Shown: positions 37,943 to 50,200 of the stretch, in pieces | Layout: each line of letters starts with the position of its first letter | Numbering within the stretch: the first letter of the stretch is position 1 | Assembly (NCBI GenBank): GCA_026914245.1 | Contig: CP110439.1 | Location: 1,054,001-1,118,000, forward strand | Reading direction: 5' to 3' | Source of the DNA: Puccinia triticina | Lineage: Eukaryota | DNA length: 64,000 nt | Made by a program: the position numbers and the translations under genes | The notes under the pieces: generated by a model | Told to the model about the DNA's origin: nothing | What the model saw: the letters and a program-made list of their open reading frames with translations, nothing else | The model's database searches: none

Positions 37943-38537
37943 TGTTATGGCCTGGTGTATACCTCTCTGGGGGAGAGTTGACGCCCGCTACGATCGTGTA
38001 GTCGGGTGGTACCTTTTCTTCCTTCCCTGGGGTTTTTACAGGTTATGAGCCCAGCGTTACCTCTGTCGCGTGTTCAATTCCCATTGCCTGCATCTCGCAC
38101 ATGTCACATCTCCCCAGCTTGTAACCCTCACATAACATGACATAACTGTGTTAGCTACTCCTAGTCTTACATACAAGCATATTATTGATTATTGGTTTAG
38201 GAGTGTGGTTGCCTTAAAATAGTTCCACGGTTCATGGGTGCCAAAAGTCCCATTTTAAGATAAATCATAGTATAGTCTTTAAAAAATAGCATTAGTATAG
38301 TAGCCAGTATGCGTGAAAGTTGACAGTTAACAAGTCTGTTGGGGAGTAACACTTAGATTTGTATGTAGTTTCACACCAGTCCATTTGGTGTCCAATCCAA
38401 TATCACCTCTGTTATCAGTGATATTGGCTTGCGGGGGAGTGTTATGGCCTGGTGTATACCTCTCTGGGGGAGAGTTGACGCCCGCTACAATCGTGTAGTT
38501 GGGTGGTACCTTTTCTTCCTCCCCCGGGGTTTTTACA
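37943..38537 (+). mobile_element. Copia-type TRIM (miniature LTR element), 595 bp, 98-bp LTRs, TSD GATCC
   Basis: LTRs TGTTATGGCC...TTTTTACA at 37943-38040 and 38440-38537. PBS GGTTATGAGCCCAG, PPT GCGGGGGAG, and GATCC on both flanks. No coding capacity. Confidence 0.92.
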
Positions 38538-38657
38538 GATCCGGGGCTGCACTGGCAATATCTTTCTGTCTGAATCAAGCCTCGTGTCAGTGAGCTTTTC
38601 TTTCTACAAACCTGCGTCCGACTATCTAGATCTTCGCATTCCCCAATACATACTATC

Positions 38658-40939
38658 ATGACTTCCATACTCAAACCACCTTTCAATTTTTCCCCCTCAT
38701 ATTGGCCTTTCATACTGGTCATGATTTACTATTTAAGCACAATTACGGCCATGAATCTGATCCAAGTTTTACCTGCAAATTCGTGTCAGGAAGGACACCG
38801 ACAGCGAGAAATTTCAGCCACAGATGTGTTTGCCGAGCTGTGTCCCGATCTTGGTAGGTTGACTCCGACCGAACAGCAGGAGGCTTGGGATATTTCCCAA
38901 TCTTTCGCTTCTCAGCTTGGCACAGGAATTATGGAAGACGAGCAACCAGGTCCAAAGAGGCCCCGATACGCTCAAGAACAAACCGATCAAAACTTCGCAA
39001 CGGCTCCTTTAGTTCGCTCAGATGATGGTAACAGTCCAATTCTTTCCGCGCTTCCTGCTTAACATTCGAAGTTTAAACGCTGAAACAACCCAATGGCAGC
39101 CATAGCTGCTCATAGACCAAATCCACAACCGGCCTATCATGGAACCAATCAGTATGACTATTATGAAAATCCAACTCATATGTCCACTTATCTTGAAAAT
39201 CTCTGGATACCCAACCAAATTTTTCCTGGCGACCGTTACGGTCTCGCAAGTCCAAAGCGTCCTACTTCAGGTGAGCCTACAAAGTTACGTAAACTGTCTG
39301 GGGAAACGAAGAATCACGTTTGAACAGAAAGTGAGCTAATTTTATTTGACCGCCACTTCAACAGCAGATCCGTCTAGCAGCAATTGGGCGAACATTCAGC
39401 TATTAACTCCCCCAGATGAACATTCCTCAACGGTTAGGACTGGTACTAATTCGTACCTCAGTCAAGCTGATAGTTTAACTTCTCCAACTGAATTCCTACC
39501 TATTATCACTCGGCCAGATGTCACAGACCCTAGTTTGAATGTTTACAGCTCAACTTTTGGTCAAATGCTCATGAAATCGGTGGATGTTAGCATGGTTGAC
39601 AAGACTGTTGCGGAAGAAAAAATACCACCCACAGCAGATGTCAAAATGACAATAATTCATCATTATCCAACAACTATTAGGGCATTCACATTGATTCAAA
39701 TTGTGAACGCAGTCACCAAGGAAGTTCAAAATCACTCAGACCTTGTGTCACTATACAAACAGTTGTCAAAATGGATGGATTATCACTATCTTCAGATTTC
39801 AATACATCTCCAAATACCTGAATCAGTTTTTGAAATTCTGAGAGATGGCATGTTCAAGTGGTCACTTGAAAAAATCTTTCATCCCACATATGGTTTCCCC
39901 CTTGCAGGTGCTGTAGACTTGGACCCTAAAGATTTCAAACTTGGAAAGATTCAACACCAATTTTTGCATTACTTCTCTGAGAGAAAAATTACAAAAACCA
40001 CAGACCAGTTTGGAGCTGAACTGGTAAAAAAATATTTTCAAAGCATTGGTAGAAGTATTGCAGGGAGTGAGTTCTGTTAACCTTTATGATTATCAAAGAG
40101 GTCAGAAGCATTGAACTGACATTCAAATGATTCATTTTTTCCAAAACTCTCAAATTCTCATGTAAACTGTCATAGTTAATTTTGCAGACATATTGAAGTA
40201 TAGTCTCATAAAGGAAACAAGGCTAGAACCTCTATCACCACAGATCACAGCGGATTCAAGTTTTAAGCAAAAATTGCAATTTCTATCAGATTTACCTTCT
40301 CAAACAAACTACTTGAACATGGCTTACAAAAGTTGGACTCAAGAAACATCCAAACTGCTGCAAAAATGTCTTAACACTTTCATACAATCATGTCCAGAAG
40401 CAGCACTTCATATTCAGAAAGATTATACAATAAGGTATCATGCAAGATTACCAATAGCACTAATACCCTGCAAACAACACCCAGAATTTTATTATATTAG
40501 GCCCATAAAGCAAAAAAGCAAATCAATCATGAATTTTGAACAATTCAGCGAATATTCTCGACACCTAATCAACAATTTACATATTCTTCACCGACGCCTT
40601 AGTTCCTATTTTGACCTAGGAGAAGCAGAGCATGCAAAAAGACTTGAAAATATTGTAGAAAAGTCTACAAATGCAATTTTCCAGCCTAACGGAATGTTTC
40701 CTTTGATAGGTCACGTCAAAGGCCCAATTCCATCTACCATCTGGGAAGATGACCCAATGAACACAGCAAATTTATTCAATCCATTACAATTATACCTGAT
40801 GGAATATTATTTCAAGGCAGAGAGAAAGGTTTTTTCAAACATGGAGTTGTCAACTAAGACAGTTGAGCTATTTATTTATTTTTCCTACCAGCAGAATTAC
40901 CCCCAGGAATTTGCCAGATTTATCCCTTCACTTAGATAA
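38658..40939 (+). CDS. Putative secreted, lineage-specific protein (~660 aa); exons 38658-39027, 39100-39270, 39365-40066, ~40188-40939
   Basis: Hydrophobic N-terminal stretch WPFILVMIYYLSTITAM. Three phase-1 GT-AG introns join four ORFs in frame. No known domain recognised. Confidence 0.65.
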
Positions 40940-41677
40940 AAATTGTTGTTGGAAATTAGATTTTCCCATTAATTTTAGCACCTTGATTCCACCATTCATT
41001 TGTCCTTTGGTCATCCTGAAATTTGTAAAGATTGGGTTTCTGAATCTGGATGTGATATCTCAACAACACAATTAATACTGCAACTCCTCAGCATCCCAAT
41101 TGCCAATAATCAGCCCAATGCTTTTCACATCTGCCAGGCGCTTCTCTCCATTCTTCTTCTTCCCTGTTCTATTACATGCATTTCACTGGCTTCTTTTATT
41201 TTTTCATAACTATTTGTGCCAGTATCTCTGAATCTGATGGCTTATGATCAGCTTCTAGAGAAACCGCAAGCAAGAATAAAATAAACTGAAATGTTACAGA
41301 TGGGTATATCTTTTGATAATGGGTTCTTAGTTTTGGAACAAACAATGTTTTAACGTTTCGGAGAAGGAGTGATAACACTTGGATCCGAAGCTGTCTGTGC
41401 AGCACCGGTGTTGTAATTTGAAAGTGGAAAACAGTTGAAAGTTGAAACTGATGATATAAACGAAACAAACATGATGGGGGGTTGACATATGGAATTATGA
41501 AATGTTGTCATATACTGATATGTGCATAACACAATACGCGTTGAAGCCATCTTACCGATTCATTTCCCACTCGAAGTCACTATACTCAAATATAAGATTA
41601 ATGCACCTTCAGGTAACCAAACCGCCTTTAAGTTTCGTGAGTCCATGCCACCCTACCAGGTCTTTCTTGCTCGAGGA

Positions 41678-43152
41678 CTAGTTATCGTTTGGCTGGGAAG
41701 AACGAGAAGCGACCACGTGATCAATGATGCCAAAAGCTTGGGCACTTATACCGTCCATGAACTTATCTCTCTCTAGAGCTTGTTCTGATGATTTAACAAC
41801 ATGTAAGCATCGAAAAAGCACATCGGGGCCACCCACAATCAAAAGTAAGCGAAAGAAGCCAAAAACCCTTAGTTAGGTTAAATTTCTGGCCAGGTTGATG
41901 CATTTAAAAATGAAAATCTTATCTACAAACCAAATCGATTGCATCGGTCCATATGACTTTCTCCCTCTCGCCCACAATGCTTAGCATAGATCTCGATTAA
42001 TCGCTTCTTCAAGCGTAAGATTTCGTTGGCTCGAATGGCCATATCTGATGCTTGCCCACTTGATCCTCCGGATGGTTCTGATTACGATGCCGGTGTGCGC
42101 GATAGTTTTGTTTATATCCAGCGTCAAAAGGTTAACGATAAGCGCTTGTTTCATGTTTTGCAGATCTGTCAAGTAAGCTACTGTCCCCAGGCTTACGGTG
42201 GATCATGATAGTTGAGTTCGGCAAGGCTTTGCGAAAACCTTTTGCACCAGCTCCTAAAAGGATTGAACCCATCGAGCAAGCCTGTCCGATGCAGATTGTG
42301 TGTACTGATGATCTGATATATTGCATCTATATTTGCAAAGAAAATGAAAGAGTAATAGCTCAGAGCAAAATCTGCCGAGGATGAGTGTTGTATTTCATGG
42401 TACTCACAGTATCATAAATTGCTAAGCCAGCTGTTACGCTACCCCCAGGTGAATTTCTGCGACAACTTGATAAGATCAGCCAACCGAACTGGATTTCCAC
42501 TTTGTTTCGGGGAGAAGTTGGATTTTCTGACTGACATATACAGCTTGCGTAAGCGTATTCCGATTTGATTTATTTCGTCGTGTGATGCAAAATTATGACA
42601 TTTTTTCAGTAATTCATCAGGAACCCTGGTTGAAGATGGTTGATTATCTACATTTCCAAAATATTCACCTCGATGGGATCTGGACTTTCAGCCTCCAAAT
42701 AAAGCAACTGAGCTACTATCAAATTGGCATCAGCGTCATTGATCTATGCCAGTTTTGAATCACCCCGGTGGTATATTGATCAAGTCGAGTATTTAAAAAG
42801 GGATGTGATACTACTTTAGCATAAATCGACCACTTGCGTGTTGTTAGAGCCAGCTAATCTCAAAAAAAAAGTGTCATTAATGGGGTGGACTTACCTCTCC
42901 ACCAACAAATATGACCCGTTCCCTCAGAAGCCTAGAAAAGATATCAAAGGCGCGCTCTCCTCCGCGTCCTTCACGCTCGATGACCATGGGTACCAAGCCG
43001 GATCCTCTGAGCTGATTAAAATTAGAGAGCATCCTTCTGGATTGAGGTGCTAAGCTTGAGGGTCGTCGGGTATTATATGGGCTACCATGACATCGTATTA
43101 TTGAACTTTTCATAAATCCATTTAGGTGGTTACTCATCCGAACCGACGCCAT
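41678..43152 (-). CDS. CLPP: Mitochondrial ATP-dependent Clp protease proteolytic subunit (multi-exon)
   Basis: [58 protein letters not shown] (Ser), IMIH (His), ERDKFM (Asp). Arg/Ser-rich presequence. Confidence 0.93.
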
Positions 43153-43488
43153 CGTGAGTAGTATACGTGATCTCAGGTCAAAACTGTGAGCCAGAAGAGA
43201 ATTACGAGTTAGTTAATAAATGAAACCTTTACAAGCTAAGGACCATAGAAAAGATCATAACTTACGCCACCGATAGCAAAAGTGTGATCGTGTGGTGGTA
43301 GGTGGTGGTGGTGCATCGGTATGACCAGGGGCAGGGCTGAACGGGTAATCCTCGAGTCTTGTAGTGAGTTCCCGCGGCGACTGAATTGGGCTCGGGGAAC
43401 TCCCCGCGGTCGGGGCAAAAAATTTCGAATCAAGGTAACAGACCCAGACCACACACCTCTACAAGATTCGACCGGAAATAAACTGAGG

Positions 43489-43968
43489 ATGTCCGATCAA
43501 AACGAAAAGGGCTCTCCATCTGATGACAAGGCATTGAACGTACCCGGTCCAGCCTCAGGTACCGGCGGAACTCCATCTGATTTCCTCAAACAAGTCGTGG
43601 GTCATCAAGTAACAGTTAGGCTGAATAGTGGAGTCGATTATCAAGGTAAAGCCTTGAGACCTGTTTTCTGTTTTCTGTCAATGTAAGACACCCGACTGAC
43701 CATTCCAGTTTCCTTCGTGTTCCCTCTTTCAGGTATTTTGTCTTGTTTGGATGGCTACATGAACATCGCTCTTGAAAATACCGAGGAGTATGTCAATGGG
43801 ATCAAGCGGAACAGTTATGGGGATGCCTTTCTGAGGGGGAACAATGGTTTGATATTTAAACCACCTTAAGCTGTTTTTCAAGACATTGGCCATCTTGCTA
43901 ACCATTCCCCTCCCGTATTTTCCTCAGTTTTGTACATCAGTCGAGTCGCACCTGAGCGTAACTCATAA
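43489..43968 (+). CDS. LSM6: U6 snRNA-associated Sm-like protein LSm6; exons 43489-43645, 43733-43846, 43928-43968
   Basis: Spliced product PSDFLKQVVGHQVTVRLNSGVDYQGILSCLDGYMNIALENTEEYVNG...YGDAFLRGNNVLYIS. Confidence 0.92.
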
Positions 43969-45745
43969 TCCGACCTCGAAGCCCATGCGCAGCCCGCGCG
44001 AGAGACCTCCTTAAAGGCTAGTTTGCGGTTGATTTATTGAAACGCCGGAAACGCCGAATTTGGCCGCGAGTGTTTCCCCACGTCCCCGCAAGTTCGATAT
44101 GACCCGCACCTCCCCTCACCCATCCTCAAAGACCCTTATGCAAATACAAGAGTCTTGTGAAATATAAGGGTCTTATGCCTTTCAGTAAGTAACAACCCAA
44201 TGGAAGTCTTTCATTTCTTGAGTGAAAATTCACCGGGGGCTGGCATCAAGTCTGTAGGCCAAGACATGCCACATTTGACCACCTCCGTTGCTCAAATCAG
44301 CGCGCTCAGAACGCCCGTGGTCATCTCATTGGGGCCCCTCAGCTCCAAGAGTTTATTCACGGTCACCTTTTGGTTTTGGGAGGAGAGGAATTCAGATCGG
44401 AGAGGCATTCGGAGGCGAAGAACACACGTTCAACCAGCCCGATTGGCCTCGATCGATGCCAGAAGCAGGCAAGCAATATTGGTGATTGTCCGGAAAAGAT
44501 GATGGCGTGAGGAAGGATTGAGAAATGACGGAGTAATGAGGAATATAACCATGAGTGTGGTCAATTATCCGGATCTCTCATGCGAGAAATGCAGATTAGT
44601 CATAAGTCCCTCTGGCAAAGCCTCAGGCAAGAGAGGGACTGTCTCATTGATTGCAGCCTTGCAAAGTCAACGGGTTGGAAATACTTTGGATATTTCTATT
44701 TTTCATCAATTATAAATGGAAAGCCTAGAAAAACAGTAGCATATATGTTTCTAAATAGCATCAAAAAGTTGTGTATGTATCACGAGTGAGGATTTTCAGA
44801 GGTAGTGTATTGGATTCACATGGATTTAATATGTAGCAGTCAGAGAGCAAAAATCTTGTAGACTCAAACACATTGCAAGCAAGTACTTAGCTTTCAAAGC
44901 AGAAAATACAAGCAACAAGCAGGAAAACAGGATATTAATCAATCAGTGTTGTGAACAAGGCCTAAATAAGGACCTCAAGCAATGGGTCTAAGGGCACAAA
45001 TGGCTCCAAGCTTGATTGAGAGCCCCGAGCACGCTTGGATGGATGTTGGCTGGATTGGGAGTTGCTATCATTATCCTCCCCCTCTTTGTTGGCAGAATTG
45101 GCAGCCTGCGGGGGCGTGCGGGTGGATTTCTTTGTGATGTCACATTTTCTAGAGTGCTTGCGTTTGCCTAAGGCCGGACCAGTGCGTGGGGCGAACTTAA
45201 ATAAGTCCCTCTCTTGCCTGAGGCTTTGCCGGAGGGACTTACTGTGTTTTGCAGAATGCTTGCTTCATTCTCCAAAATTTCTGGTTTCATTGACTGGGGG
45301 CAATCACATAACTTTTATATCTTTTCCGCATGATGCACCTGACAGATGTCAGATGAGGCCCAAGGCCAAATCCACCCCCCGGAGCCAACATCCTCCAGTA
45401 GATTGTCTTGGAGATGGGTTAGAGACAAATTGAGTTCATATTCAGAACCGGAGCGCCTTCTTCACCCTACCCTCCACTGCCCATGGCCATCGGCCGCTGC
45501 CCTCTGCCCATATGGAGGGGGCAGGGAGGGGCCAACCAAGCACTGGGTTGTTACAGAAGGATATCCCAGGCAGGAGTCAATCTGAAGGTTGGGTTTAAAG
45601 TTAGGTGTGGATCTTTGTCTGCATGTGCTTAAAAAACCTTGAATGCAAGGTTGGCCTAAGGTTTGGTGTCAAGTTTAATTTAAAGTAAGTGCATAGCAAA
45701 ACCAGAAAATTTGAGAAAAATCCAACCATTCTGCAAAACACAGTA

Positions 45746-45946
45746 GGGGGGTTCACAATAGGATAAAAATAAAACTTTAGAGTCAATTTTAAGGCCTTCA
45801 CCAACAACTTTTTAGAAATATGGCTGGATGTACAGGATAAGGTGTCCCCTGGCAATCACAGGGTGTTTGTCATTTTTTGAAAAATTGTCTGTAAAGGCCT
45901 TAAAATTGGCTCTAAAGTTTTATTTTTATCGTATTGTGAACCCCCC
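45746..45946. mobile_element. MITE with ~52-bp TIRs flanked by TA; truncated inverted second copy at ~46810-46971
   Basis: TA|GGGGGGTTCACAATAGGATAAAAATAAAACTTTAGAG... and reverse-complement ends ...ATTGTGAACCCCCC|TA at 45946 and 46971. Confidence 0.7.
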
Positions 45947-47210
45947 TAGTATGAATTCAGGAATTCTTGCGTGAGAGAACCAGATATTTCAGCCCTAATT
46001 TTGTTACATCCCCCGTATCTCATGTAATTCTCAACCATCATTCACAAGACCATCCTTTTATGCATTGCATGCTTTTTCTCATATTTTACACATTTTTCAG
46101 ATTCTCTATTTCTTCACTCAAAGTTTTTAAACATTTGATTGAGAAAATAATCCAAGTTTATTAAATCCAAACAAAACTGAGAGCCTCAAAAAAAATCAAG
46201 GGTTCCCCTTATACATACATCAAATCACAAAACAAAATACAAGGGTTTCTCCTATACAAAAAGCTAAACAAAATAAAAAATATTTCACACAAAACACAAA
46301 ACCACAGCCTTAGAAAACTCAACCTAGCCCTCCAACATCAGCAAAATTGCTGTGTCTACAGGCACACCCCCAGCCCGCGTCAAGCGCACGGGTCAAAAGG
46401 GATGGACGTGAAGGCCCCCGGCCCGCAGCAAAGGCTGTGACCAGTGGGGGGCCCACTCTTCACCTCTCAAACTGTGCAAGCGCAACATTGGAGAGGTCAG
46501 GGGACAATGGTAGCTGGAACTACAGCATCCCAGGTTGCCCTAGTGGAAGGACCAAAGATACTCTACCCTCTTTATACTACAAGCCACAACCCTACACATA
46601 ACTAAACCTGGAGATGCTCTTATTTTGACACTTCATAGATGATTAGTTTTCCTGTTTGCTTCATTCCTCAGCCCCATCATTCAGACCTTTGCTCACCACC
46701 AGTCTTCTGAAATTTCATGAAAGGGCCCACACAAATTGAGTGGGGGGCCAGGGGCTTCCCAGGGGAGCTGGAGTGGGGGGGGGGGGGGGGGTTACACCCT
46801 GCAGCGGCGTAGTTTTAAGGCCTTTATGAATTTTTTTTTAAAAAATGAAGAACTTGCTCTGATTCTCAGGGCCACCCAGTCCTGTATATCTTGGCAGATT
46901 TTTAAAAATTTGTTGATAAAGGCCTTAAAATTGACTCTGAAGTTTTATTTTTATCCTATTGTGAACCCCCCTATTCTAGCATAGTCAGCTGTCCTTAATT
47001 GATTTGAATCAACGTAAAACTAAAATTATATGTTCCAAGTCAAGTCAAACCTATGAATAGCTTAAGGCGCTGATGGAACGTGTGGAATGAGATACAAGAA
47101 AGATGATCGCAAGGAAATGCATACTCACTCTCAAGCTCGTGCTTTAAGGAGGATAAGGAAAACGACGGCAACATTTTGAACAGAAGTGGCAGATCACATG
47201 AACGGGTTCG

Positions 47211-50200
47211 TCACGGTGCGAATGCCGATCCATCAGACTGGATTAGATTGACAACACAGTCAACCACTTGTTGAGCATCGGCGTCGTTCTCCCAGTTATT
47301 GGTCAATTTTTCTGGCTGATCGACGACCATGAGTAAAAGAGTATCCAGGAGATGTCTCAATTGATTGCACAACGTGCCGATCCGCATTGGTGCTCGAAGC
47401 TTGATGAAGTTTTCGTTCGTCTCTCGGCCATCCTCCAACGATCTTGTTTGAATTGATAGCCCTCTACACTCATGATTTAGTTTGATCGAACCAGACCCAA
47501 ACAACAGCAGCATACCGAACAGAGGAACCTAGCCACCCCGAGAGATAATGAGCATGTCAGGTCCGAATATACAAAAAGAACCCCACATCCTAATGTATCG
47601 GTGATAGAAGACTTAAATGAATGAAGAATATTGATTTAGAGGCAACTCACTGTTGTACCATCACGTAGGAACACCTTTGCGTTGCTATCAGAACCACTGG
47701 CTGATCGCGCGAAATAAGCTAAGAATGCAGCTTTCAACTCTTGAGCAGACTTGAACAAGATCGAAGATGGATGTAGAAATACCCGCCCTTCGATGCGCAG
47801 TGGAATGTACAGTAAACGAGAATAAGTACGTTGAGCAGATCATTTAGGGATTAAATGATCCGTACGCACCAATTTTCGGATCGTAAAATTTGACAGCCTT
47901 GGAGTCAATATCTTTTTCTATGGTCCCACTGGCAATTTGATTATATTTTGTTTGGGGGACTTCGATTCGAACCACTTGACTCAATCCCGCGGCAAAAACT
48001 GATTTGAGCAAATTTAACTTTTCGCTGTTTCTGTTCAAATTGATCTCATCGGGATGATCCCCATTTTTTGCGGCCGCAAGAGCTAATCTGTGCAAATTGT
48101 TCTTCCCATAAGATCTGGGAACGAAGCCCCGCTCCTGCATTTGAGAGAGCAAATCTGAGCGGGTGGAGATTATGTCTCGGATGGTCGACATGGATAAAAA
48201 GTTTGCCTGGAACATAAGCCAATAAGGTGTAAGTATCATGAACAGTATGAGTGGTAAACAATAATGACATTTAGACGGAGAGTGATGAATTGACTTCACA
48301 AAATTCCCGTGCGCTGCCATTACCCGATTCGCGCTGGATACGGAGATACTCATCAAACGCTTTAATGTTGGTCAACAAATCGCTATTGGCCGTTTTGAAC
48401 TTCATTCTTGCGAGACTACTTTCTTCTCGTTTCTCAAACGAGTTGACGAAAAGTGGCTACAAGGTTGACCTGCGGTTAGCAATAAGCTAAAACAGCAAGA
48501 TAAAGCAAAAAATGGTACCTTGTTGACGGAAAGCATAGCGCTAACAAATTGGATGGCCGTTAGCGTACCATGTAAAGCCAATTTTTTGGTCATCACTTAC
48601 GCCAATGTTAATGTCGGTTCAAAAACCTTAAATATTGCGCCTAGAATTAAAAGTTTTCCGAGACGAACGTCGAGAGGTAGTTGGGCAAGATGCTTCCCCA
48701 GTGCCGTTAACGAGCCATCATAGAACGCTCCCACAACTTCTAGATTCTCGATGGCCCGGTCAACAGCACTCTGAAGGGGCGGGGTGAGCGCTTTTTGTAA
48801 ATAGGTCTATCTGACAAAAATGTTTACGCCTGTCATTAACCAACTGCCCCACTGCGAGTGATCTGAGAATACTTACCGGCACATCCTCTTTCTCTCTTAT
48901 TGCTTTCACTTGGAGGAACAGAGCCTCCAAAGGAGTGCGCAAGATTTCAGGTTTCGTATCAACTGGCATTGTTTCGCGTTCGCAGATTCTGGTAAAAAGT
49001 TTGTACGCGACCCCAGAGCTATGGAAATGTAAGGTTTCAGTGGGAGATCAATGGTAAGACGGTTCAGATTACAAGGAAACGACAAACGTCGTTCTGCCAG
49101 CCCGACCCCGTCTTTGTTTGGCGGCTGCTTGCGAGCAATTGACTTCAACCAGTCGCGTCATTCCAACCTCTTGATCGAGTTCCATTTGCTTCTCTCGACC
49201 ACTAGCAGTCCCCATGAGATGTTCAACATTGCGTTAGTATCATCAAGTAGGAAGCGTCCATAATTTTGGATATATGGCAATACCTGTCAATCACATAGCG
49301 AACATCGGGGATTGTTATAGACGTTTCGGCAATGTTGGTCGCAACCACTACTTTCATCCTCGAGGAATGAACTGGATGGAAGACCCGCTTCTGCTCAGCG
49401 CTCGATAGCTGACTGTGTAAAGGAAGGCATTCAACGCGCTTTCTGCAAACATTCTCGATAGCTTTGATCGCGGCGACAATTTCGGCGACCCCAGAAACAA
49501 AAACCAGCGCAACGCCTAAATTTCCATCGCCCTGCTGAGAAGTGTCACTATTCAGAATATCTAAAACAATAGATCCGATCATGTTTTCATCGATAATACG
49601 AGTCGCTTTAGAAGCTGAACCAAGAACGCGGCTTTCGCTTTCATTGTAGCCCATTGCCATGAATGTTCTGCAGAGTGCTTCAGTTTGTTTCCTCTGCGTT
49701 GCGTCGCGATCGGGGCGTGATTTAGAATTGGCTGGTGTATATTTAAGCCGTTTCAAATAGTCTTCCAGGTAGAAATTCTTCACCGCTGTCATTATAACCA
49801 ACAAATGTATATGATCAGTATAGTTGAAACTGTTGTAAAGCGGCAAGCTTACGATAAGTCATCCCTGGAATGTTAATTCTTTGGGCTGTTCCGAAGTACT
49901 TTGCAAACAAATCCTGGTTCGCCTGATGAACAGAAAAGATAATTTCAGCCGCGGAGATCATCGAACCAATGTAACGCCTGATGCTGCCTTACAGTTGCTG
50001 ACATCAGTACGATCTTGATTGTGGCATTGTGCTTCAATATTTCTCGAAGTTCAAGCAAAAGCAAATCCCCTTCCATGCTCCTTTCGTGAACCTAGATATG
50101 AGTGGTAGATATGTATGCAAGAAATGGAAAAGAATATGGATAGAAAAACATATCAGCGTGTATCAGGTATGTCGCACGATACAATTTCAAATTCAAGAGA

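Noticed and set aside
38658..40939. Pseudogene with internal stops
   Set aside because: All stops fall within canonical phase-compatible GT-AG introns.
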